This document shows positions 7,277-16,518 of a stretch of 16,518 nucleotides of DNA, one piece after another. Positions within the stretch are counted from its first letter, which is position 1. Every line of letters starts with the position of its first letter. Both the position numbers and the translations under genes were made by a program. Below the pieces are notes generated by a model. The model was not told the origin of the DNA, did no database searches, and saw only the letters and a list, made by a program, of their open reading frames with translations. Source of the stretch: Deltaproteobacteria bacterium (lineage in GTDB: Bacteria; SAR324; NAC60-12); contig JAYOTF010000050.1 of the NCBI GenBank assembly GCA_038150265.1, forward strand, positions 1 through 16,518, read 5' to 3'.

Positions 7277-7310
7277 GTTCTGATTCCTAACAGCAAGGGG
7301 GTTGGGGAAG

Positions 7311-9548
7311 TCAGGCTTCCAGTTGCTCCGCCAGGGCCTCCTGCCACAAGCGGCGCAGGTCACTCAACGATTCGTCCAGCACCAACTGATCTCGGACTTC
7401 CACCCGGAAGCTCGCCTCGGCAACCGTTCCAATGGGCTCACAGAACAGGCCATGCTTGCGGAAGATGGCCTCCACCTCATGGAGGTGTTCCGGAGCCAGG
7501 CTCAGGAGCAGGCGTGACTGGGTTTCACTGAAGAGGGCCAGGTCTGGGCGGAGCGCCGTCTGCCAGGAAACGTTCACCCCCAGCGACTCTGTGGAACAGG
7601 TCAGCAGCGCCAGGCCCAGTCCACCATGTGACAGGTCATGCGCCGAACGCAGCCAGCCATGCTGAATCGCCTCCAGGAGGCCTTCCTGCAACGCCCGTTC
7701 GGTGTCGAGGTCCAGCTCCGGAGGCTTCCCGGTCAGACGCCCCAGCATCAGCTCCTGATACGCCGAGCCTCCCAGTTCCTCATGAGTCTTGCCCACCAGC
7801 ATCAGCGTGTCTCCCGCCTGCTGAAAGAACTGGCTGGTGACCTGACTCAGGTCTTCCACAAGCCCCACCACCCCAATCATCGGCGTGGGCAAAATGGGCG
7901 CTCCCTCGGTTTCGTTGTAGAGGCTGACGTTTCCACCAGTGACCGGAAGCTTCAGGGCGGCACAGGCTTCAGACATGCCCGTCACCGCCTGTTCCAGTTG
8001 CCAGAAGATCTCCGGCTTCTCTGGACTCCCGAAGTTCAGGCCATTCGTCAGCGCCAGCGGGCGGGCCCCTGCACACACGACGTTCCGGGCACACTCGGCA
8101 ACCGCTGTTCGGCCGCCGATCAGGGGATCCAGGAAGACGTAACGGGAGTTGCCGTCAATGCTCATGGCCAGCGCCTTGTTGGTGCCCTCCACCCGAATCA
8201 CGGCGGCATCCGAGCCCGGACCGACCTCGGTACAGGTCCGGACCATGGAATCGTACTGCCGGTACACCCATGCCTTTGACGCCAGCTCCGGACGCTGCAG
8301 GAGGCTCCGGAAGACCATGCGCAGCTCGCTGGGCTGATCCCACTGCACTGCCGGCTCCTGCTGACGCTCCTCTGCCGCCTGGGGCTTCCGGGAGTCACGG
8401 CGATAGAGGGGGGTGTTGCCACAGACCTCTTCCAGCGGAACCTCTGCCACGGCTTCACCATGATGCCGCAGACGCAGCACCGGGTCGGCAATGACGTGCC
8501 CCACGGTTTTGGCTGGAACCCCCCACTTTTCGCAGATCGCAAAGACCTCAGGCTCGCGTCCGGGATGCGCCACAAAGAGCATCCGCTCCTGGGACTCGGA
8601 AAGCATGATTTCGTAGGTGCTCATGTTTTCGGCACGCTGTGGGACGTCATCCAGGTTCAGCTCCATCCCCAGTTGCCCCTTGTAGCCCATTTCGGTGCTG
8701 GAGCACGTCAGGCCAGCGGCTCCCATGTCCTGCACCGCCAGCAGGGCTCCGGTTTCATAGCACTCCAGGCACGCCTCCAGCAGCAGCTTGCCCATGAAGG
8801 GGTCTCCCACCTGAACCGACGGGCGTTTCGATTCCGACTCGTCGTTCAGCTCCTCCGAAGCAAAGGTTGCCCCGTGAATGCCATCACGTCCGGTAGCCGC
8901 TCCCACATAAATCACCGGGTTCCCCACTCCGGAGGCGCGTCCATGCTGAATGCGGTCGTGCCGGACCAGCCCAACGCCCATGGCATTGACAAGTGGATTT
9001 CCGGAGTAGCTGGGGTGGAAGTCCACCTCGCCCCCGACCGTGGGGACGCCAATGCAGTTTCCGTAACCGGCAATGCCGCCCACCACGTGGTTGAGCAGGT
9101 AGCGCGTCCGGGTGGAGCGGGGATCTCCCTGCAAGGGCCCAAAGCGGAGGGAGTTGAGGATGGCCACCGGACGGGCGCCCATGGAAAAGATGTCCCGGAG
9201 GATGCCCCCCACACCAGTGGCCGCGCCTTGGTGCGGCTCCACAGCCGAAGGGTGGTTGTGGCTCTCCACCTTGAAGACCACTGCCCAGCCGTCTCCGATG
9301 TCCACCACGCCGGCCCCTTCTCCAGGGCCCTGCAAGACGTGGGGGCCTTCTGTTGGGAAGCGACCCAGCAGAGGCCGCGAGTTTTTGTACGAGCAGTGTT
9401 CCGACCACATGACCCCGAAAATTCCGGTCTCGGTCAGGTTGGGAAGACGCCCCAGGCGCTGGACCACGTCCTCGTATTCCGCAGGAGTCAGGCCCATCTT
9501 CAGGTAGACCTGTTCAGCTTTGATCTGTTCGGGGGTTGGTTCGGTCAT
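7311..9548 (-). CDS. purL: FGAM synthase subunit, small-type PurL (745 aa)
   Basis: Motifs [49 protein letters not shown] and GGNVSLYN. The start was set at ATG 9548 ([10 protein letters not shown]) by resemblance to the Bacillus PurL N-terminus. An in-frame ATG at 9605 is an alternative. Confidence 0.96.
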   Translation of the reverse strand: MTEPTPEQIKAEQVYLKMGLTPAEYEDVVQRLGRLPNLTETGIFGVMWSEHCSYKNSRPLLGRFPTEGPHVLQGPGEGAGVVDIGDGWAVVFKVESHNHPSAVEPHQGAATGVGGILRDIFSMGARPVAILNSLRFGPLQGDPRSTRTRYLLNHVVGGIAGYGNCIGVPTVGGEVDFHPSYSGNPLVNAMGVGLVRHDRIQHGRASGVGNPVIYVGAATGRDGIHGATFASEELNDESESKRPSVQVGDPFMGKLLLEACLECYETGALLAVQDMGAAGLTCSSTEMGYKGQLGMELNLDDVPQRAENMSTYEIMLSESQERMLFVAHPGREPEVFAICEKWGVPAKTVGHVIADPVLRLRHHGEAVAEVPLEEVCGNTPLYRRDSRKPQAAEERQQEPAVQWDQPSELRMVFRSLLQRPELASKAWVYRQYDSMVRTCTEVGPGSDAAVIRVEGTNKALAMSIDGNSRYVFLDPLIGGRTAVAECARNVVCAGARPLALTNGLNFGSPEKPEIFWQLEQAVTGMSEACAALKLPVTGGNVSLYNETEGAPILPTPMIGVVGLVEDLSQVTSQFFQQAGDTLMLVGKTHEELGGSAYQELMLGRLTGKPPELDLDTERALQEGLLEAIQHGWLRSAHDLSHGGLGLALLTCSTESLGVNVSWQTALRPDLALFSETQSRLLLSLAPEHLHEVEAIFRKHGLFCEPIGTVAEASFRVEVRDQLVLDESLSDLRRLWQEALAEQLEA

Positions 9549-9638
9549 GGGAAACAGCAGTTCATTCAGGAAGGAGGCGGTAACACGTGGATCCTGCACG
9601 GACATCCGGACCAGATCCAGTCAGGCAATTCCCGCACA

Positions 9639-10328
9639 TCAGGCGGGTGCCAACAGGGCATCTCGGAGCGATGCAAAGAGGGCGTGTCCGTCAGCAGACC
9701 CCATCCACGGAGCCATGGCGCGTTCCGGATGCGGCATCATGCCCAGGACATTTCCGGCTTCATTGCAGATGCCCGCAATGCGGTTCAGCGAGCCATTCGG
9801 GTTGCGGCCGGCGGCATAACGAAAGACGACCTGCCCATTGGCTTCCAGTTGTTCCAGCGTCTGCGGGTCACAGAAGTAGTTCCCTTCACCGTGCGCCACC
9901 GGAACCTGCACCACCTGCCCAGCCGTGTAGGCTGAGCTGAAGGCCGTCTGAGCGTTGCCCACTTCCAGCGGCGTGGTCTCACACACAAACTTCAGCGACG
10001 TGTTGTGGAGCAGCGTCCCGGGCAGCAGGCCCGCTTCGGTCAGAATCTGAAACCCGTTGCAGATGCCGAGCACCCGGACGCCTTCAGCGGCGACCTTCTG
10101 AAGCGCCCGCACCACCGGGGAACGTGCGGCAACGGCCCCCACGCGGAGGTAATCGCCATAACTGAAACCGCCCGGGACCAAAACCAGCTCAAAGCCGTCC
10201 AGCGAATCGGTGGTGTGCCAGACGAACTCCGGCGCAAACTCCGGAAAGGCGGCGGCGGCCTTAAACAGGTCGGAGTCACAATTGGAGCCCGGAAAGACCA
10301 GAACCGCGCAACGTATCGTCCGTGCCAT
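9639..10328 (-). CDS. purQ: FGAM synthase glutaminase subunit PurQ (229 aa)
   Basis: Motifs [17 protein letters not shown], catalytic GICNGFQ, HGEGNY and MMPHPER. SD GGAGG lies within the end of purS. Confidence 0.98.
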   Translation of the reverse strand: MARTIRCAVLVFPGSNCDSDLFKAAAAFPEFAPEFVWHTTDSLDGFELVLVPGGFSYGDYLRVGAVAARSPVVRALQKVAAEGVRVLGICNGFQILTEAGLLPGTLLHNTSLKFVCETTPLEVGNAQTAFSSAYTAGQVVQVPVAHGEGNYFCDPQTLEQLEANGQVVFRYAAGRNPNGSLNRIAGICNEAGNVLGMMPHPERAMAPWMGSADGHALFASLRDALLAPA

Positions 10329-10331
10329 CGG

Positions 10332-10580
10332 TCAGGCCTCCTGAACCTGGAGGGTGTAGTCTTCAATGACGTCATTGACGAGGAGCTTCTCACACATTGC
10401 CTTCAGCTGCGCCTGAGCCTCTTCCGGCGTGGAAGCCTCCAGTTCCACCTCAATGGATTTGCCGATCCGGACCTTCTGGGCCTGCTCAAAGCCGAGGGCA
10501 TGGAGCGAGTGCTGAATCGCCTGCCCCTGCACATCCAAGACGTCCTGCTTGAGCATCACCGTGACCATTCCTTTCATCAT
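10332..10580 (-). CDS. purS: FGAM synthase subunit PurS (82 aa)
   Basis: VLDVQG (DPQG-like), VRIGK and MCEKLLVNDVIEDY. Lies between purC and purQ. Confidence 0.95.
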   Translation of the reverse strand: MMKGMVTVMLKQDVLDVQGQAIQHSLHALGFEQAQKVRIGKSIEVELEASTPEEAQAQLKAMCEKLLVNDVIEDYTLQVQEA

Positions 10581-10583
10581 GCG

Positions 10584-11297
10584 TTACTTTCCTTCCTGCT
10601 GTAGGCGTTCCCAAACGGACTGATAGGCCTCGGTGACGCCTCCCATGTCCCGGCGAAAGCGATCCTTGTCCAGCTTCTCATTTGTGTCAAGGTCCCAGAA
10701 GCGGCACGTATCGGGAGAAATTTCATCGGCAAGCACCACGTGCCCGGAAGCGTCCTTGCCAAACTCCAGTTTGAAGTCCACCAGCCGCAGCCCACGAGCG
10801 GCCAGAAACGGCTGGAGGATGCGGTTGACGGCCAGGCCTTGCTCCCGGAGGACCTGCAGCTCTTCAGGAGTCGCCAGCCCAAGGAGACGGATGTGGTCAT
10901 TGTTCAGCAGCGGGTCGCCAAGCTCGTCGCTCTTGTAGTAAAACTCCACCACCGGCTCCGGAAGCGCCGTGCCCTCTTCCCAGCCAATCCGCTTGGCCAG
11001 TGACCCTGCGGCAACGTTCCGGATCACCACCTCAACGGGGATGATCGTCACGCGGCGGACCAGCTGCTCGGTCTCGGAAAGCTGCTTCACAAAGTGGCTG
11101 GCAATGCCTTCCTGCGCCAGCAGCTCAAAGAAGAAGGTGCTGATGCGGTTGTTGAGTGCACCCTTGCCTTCGAGCTGCTCGAACTTCTCACCGTTGAAAG
11201 CCGTGGTGTCGTTCTTATACGCCACACGTACGGTATCGGCGGCAGCGGTGCTGAAAATCTGTTTGGCCTTTCCTTCGTAGAGGAGCGTCTCGGACAT
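10584..11297 (-). CDS. purC: SAICAR synthetase (237 aa)
   Basis: Motifs LLYEGKAK, EFYYKSDELGDP, DFKLEFG, LADEISPDTCRFWD and DKDRFRRD. Confidence 0.98.
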   Translation of the reverse strand: MSETLLYEGKAKQIFSTAAADTVRVAYKNDTTAFNGEKFEQLEGKGALNNRISTFFFELLAQEGIASHFVKQLSETEQLVRRVTIIPVEVVIRNVAAGSLAKRIGWEEGTALPEPVVEFYYKSDELGDPLLNNDHIRLLGLATPEELQVLREQGLAVNRILQPFLAARGLRLVDFKLEFGKDASGHVVLADEISPDTCRFWDLDTNEKLDKDRFRRDMGGVTEAYQSVWERLQQEGK

Positions 11298-11319
11298 GCG
11301 GTGGGTTCTGATGGTGGAG

Positions 11320-12474
11320 TCAAGAATGAAGCAGCAGGTCCAGGGCCTCCGGGCTCCAGATCTGCAGGGCGGTCAGGACATCAACAGGCGGGGAAGCTTC
11401 AGGCAGCACCAGGTTCACATGCCCCATCTTGCGTCCGGTGCGGGCCTCTGGTTTTCCATACAGGTGAACATGAGCATCTGAAGGGAGCTGCGGCAACGCC
11501 GCAAGCAGGCTCGGGAGGTGCTCTCCCAGAACATTGAGCATCACCGCGGGTGCCAGCGCATCCGGACGCCCCAGCGGCCAGCCCGCAATGGCGCGCAGGT
11601 GCTGCTCAAACTGACACGTGGCGGCGGCATCCTGGGTCCAGTGTCCGGAGTTGTGAGGACGTGGAGCCAACTCGTTGACCACCAGCGAGCCGTCAGCGCC
11701 CACAAACAGTTCCACCCCCAGGAGCCCAACGAGCGACACCCCTTCAGCAACCTGCCGGGCAATCTGTTCCGCGCGTGTGCGGGTTTCAGGGGGAATCTTC
11801 GCAGGAATCCGGGTGAAAGTCAGTATGTTTTTCTCATGGAAATTTTCTCCGACGGGATAGCAGGCAAGGGCTCCAGCGGCATTCCGGGCGACCATCACAG
11901 ACGCCTCCGTTTGGAAGGGAAAGATCTTTTCAGCGATCAGCTCCCGTCCGGACGCGCCCAGCTGGGCAAACGCGTCCTCAACCGCTGCTGTTGCTTCCAC
12001 GCGAACCTGCCCCTTGCCGTCGTAGCCTCCGGTTGCCGTCTTGAGCATCGTCGGCCCGTGTTCGGAAACAAACGCGTGGAGGTCGGCGGCAGACGCCACG
12101 GCAGCAAAGGGCGTCACTGGAACCCCAAGGGCCTGCAGGGCGTTCTTTTCGCGGAGGCGGTGCTGGCAGGTTTGCAGGAGGGCGCTTCCTTGAGGAACCG
12201 AGGTTTCTCGTTCCAGCCATTCCACTGTCGCAGCCGGAACGTTTTCAAACTCGTAGGTCACCACCGGACAGGTCGCTGCCAGCGTTTGCAGCGCGTCCGG
12301 ATCATCGTAGGCAGCCGTCAGGGGAAGAGCGCCCGCAAGCGCAGCCGGACAGTCAGGAGTGGGATCCAGAACCGTGAAGTGGAACCCCATCGCCGTGCCG
12401 GCAAGCGTCAGCATGCGTGCGAGTTGCCCGCCCCCAAGCAGGCCAATCCGGGTTCCGGGCGGATGCAGAGTCAT
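11320..12474 (-). CDS. purK: N5-carboxyaminoimidazole ribonucleotide synthase, ATP-grasp (384 aa)
   Basis: Motifs [43 protein letters not shown] and GRKMGH. The start is taken as ATG 12474 (ATGA overlap with the purE stop, GGAGG upstream). The track's extension to 12669 overlaps purE. Confidence 0.96.
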   Translation of the reverse strand: MTLHPPGTRIGLLGGGQLARMLTLAGTAMGFHFTVLDPTPDCPAALAGALPLTAAYDDPDALQTLAATCPVVTYEFENVPAATVEWLERETSVPQGSALLQTCQHRLREKNALQALGVPVTPFAAVASAADLHAFVSEHGPTMLKTATGGYDGKGQVRVEATAAVEDAFAQLGASGRELIAEKIFPFQTEASVMVARNAAGALACYPVGENFHEKNILTFTRIPAKIPPETRTRAEQIARQVAEGVSLVGLLGVELFVGADGSLVVNELAPRPHNSGHWTQDAAATCQFEQHLRAIAGWPLGRPDALAPAVMLNVLGEHLPSLLAALPQLPSDAHVHLYGKPEARTGRKMGHVNLVLPEASPPVDVLTALQIWSPEALDLLLHS

Positions 12475-12977
12475 GGAAGCTCCGCCTCCAGCACCGCCTG
12501 GCGGGTTTGTTCGCGACGCTGCTCCAGGAAGGCCCGCAGGTTCGGATCGTGAACCGCCAGCAGTTGCACCGCCAGCAGGCCCGCGTTGTATGCGCCGGCT
12601 CCTCCGATGGCAACCGTGGCCACGGGAACCCCACGGGGCATCTGGACGATGGAAAGCAGGGAGTCCCAACCGCTGAGGGTTGAGGACTTCACCGGAACTC
12701 CGATCACCGGAACCAGCGTCTGGGCCGCGACCATTCCAGGCAGGTGCGCCGCGCCGCCGGCTCCGGCAATGATGACCTCCAAACCACGAGTGTGGGCGCT
12801 TTGGGCAAATGAGGCCATCAGGTCGGGGGTCCGGTGGGCCGAAACGACGCGCTTTTCATACGCCACACCGCACTCGTCCAACACGGCACACGCTTCCTTC
12901 ATGGTCTCCCAATCGGACGTGCTGCCCATGATGACCGCGACCTTGACCGCTGCCCTCTCGGCTTCTGCTGCTCCCAT
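12471..12977 (-). CDS. purE: N5-CAIR mutase (class I PurE)
   Basis: Motifs [30 protein letters not shown] and [17 protein letters not shown] 12977 is preferred over TTG 12992, which lies at the predicted transcription start. Confidence 0.97.
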   Translation of the reverse strand: MGAAEAERAAVKVAVIMGSTSDWETMKEACAVLDECGVAYEKRVVSAHRTPDLMASFAQSAHTRGLEVIIAGAGGAAHLPGMVAAQTLVPVIGVPVKSSTLSGWDSLLSIVQMPRGVPVATVAIGGAGAYNAGLLAVQLLAVHDPNLRAFLEQRREQTRQAVLEAELP

Positions 12978-12978
12978 C

Positions 12979-12998
12979 TGCTTTTCTGGCAAAAAGCA
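12979..12998. promoter_or_regulatory. Inverted repeat between the -10 box and purE start (candidate operator or leader hairpin)
   Basis: On the - strand: TGCTTTT (12998-12992), TGCCAG, AAAAGCA (12985-12979). The arms are a perfect 7 bp. Confidence 0.4.
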
Positions 12999-13000
12999 AA

Positions 13001-13029
13001 ATGATACGAAGCTCCACGGGTGAGCGCAA
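13001..13029 (-). promoter_or_regulatory. Sigma70-type promoter of the pur operon
   Basis: TTGCGC (13029-13024), an exact 17-nt spacer, then TATCAT (13006-13001), in the short gap between the beta-galactosidase gene and purE. Confidence 0.7.
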
Positions 13030-13082
13030 GTCAGGACCGCGCAGAAGGCGGTTCCGGACGGTCGGTTTTCCGGGCCTCGGCG

Positions 13083-16169
<3,087 letters not shown>

Positions 16170-16172
16170 TCA

Positions 16173-16197
16173 GCAGCCCCGAAGCCGCAGGAGCCGC
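16173..16197 (-). other. GC-rich intergenic hairpin between the ABC permease and beta-galactosidase genes
   Basis: On the - strand GCGGCTCC pairs with GGGGCTGC (two G-U pairs) around a 9-nt loop. No adjacent U-tract. Confidence 0.3.
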
Positions 16198-16229
16198 CTC
16201 GGGAATTCCAAAGTCTGGAGCAGGAGCGT

Positions 16230-16517
16230 CTATTCCTTGACTGCTCCCATGGTGAGTCCTGCAATGAAGTGCTTCTGTAGCATGAAGAACATGAGGACGG
16301 GTGGAAGGGCTGCAATAATCGACCCTGCCGACACGAGGTGCCACGAGGCGGTCCACTGCCCCCGGAGGGCCTGAATGCCCAGCGTGATGGGGCGGGCATG
16401 GTCGCCCTGCACCAGCACCAGTGACCAGAAGTAGTCATTCCAGATGAAGGTAAACTCCAGCACGGCCAGTGCGGCCAGTGCCGGACGCACCAGCGGCAGA
16501 ATGACGCTCCAGTAGAC
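16230..16517 (-). CDS. Carbohydrate ABC transporter permease (CUT1, MalG/AraQ-like), 3' part; the gene begins beyond the window
   Basis: The frame is open to the window edge: VYWSVILPLVRPALAALAVLEFTFIWNDYFW...QKHFIAGLTMGAVKE, a typical MalG-type C-terminus. Adjacent to a GH2 gene. Confidence 0.93.
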   Translation of the reverse strand, partial: VYWSVILPLVRPALAALAVLEFTFIWNDYFWSLVLVQGDHARPITLGIQALRGQWTASWHLVSAGSIIAALPPVLMFFMLQKHFIAGLTMGAVKE

Positions 16518-16518
16518 C

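Noticed and set aside
7277..7363. 29-aa PurF leader from the ORF track as a propeptide
   Set aside because: It partly overlaps purL and does not resemble EE-C propeptides. The GTG directly before the Cys has a plausible SD.
10332..10580. PurS DVQG instead of the usual DPQG as a sign of inactivation
   Set aside because: This is a single substitution. The rest of the protein, its length and its operon position are intact.
12475..12669. 65-aa N-terminal extension of PurK in the ORF track
   Set aside because: It overlaps purE. The ATG at 12474 has an SD and ATGA coupling and gives a normal-length PurK.
16173..16197. Intrinsic terminator between the permease and lacZ
   Set aside because: The stem has two G-U pairs and a large loop, and there is no immediately adjacent U-tract. 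Kept only as a low-confidence hairpin.

Overview
GC-rich bacterial DNA with three functional blocks and a repeat at the left edge. (1) At 9-116 there is a head-to-head doublet of CGTC/dRS3-like palindromic repeats whose spacer is a 23-bp tandem repeat. (2) On the + strand is a three-gene envelope lipid-trafficking operon: MlaA/VacJ-family protein, MlaC/Ttg2D (HpnM-like) periplasmic carrier and an MMPL/RND-family inner-membrane transporter, with no mlaFEDB ABC genes in the window. This implies a diderm (Gram-negative) host. (3) On the - strand, converging on it with overlapping stop codons, is a de novo purine operon purE-purK-purC-purS-purQ-purL-purF-purM-purN. Its gene order and sequences resemble the Bacillus operon, but it lacks purB, purH, purD and the long riboswitch leader. 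(4) Upstream on the - strand are a LacZ-type GH2 beta-galactosidase and the 3' end of a carbohydrate ABC permease. The most interesting signals are the ABC-independent MlaA-MlaC-MMPL module, whose outer- and inner-membrane members share an acidic F-D-x-F-E-x-E-F motif (candidate common docking site for the carrier), and an apparently horizontally acquired, re-wired Bacillota-type pur operon in a Gram-negative genome. All family calls come from motif recognition and recalled reference sequences. No searches were run.
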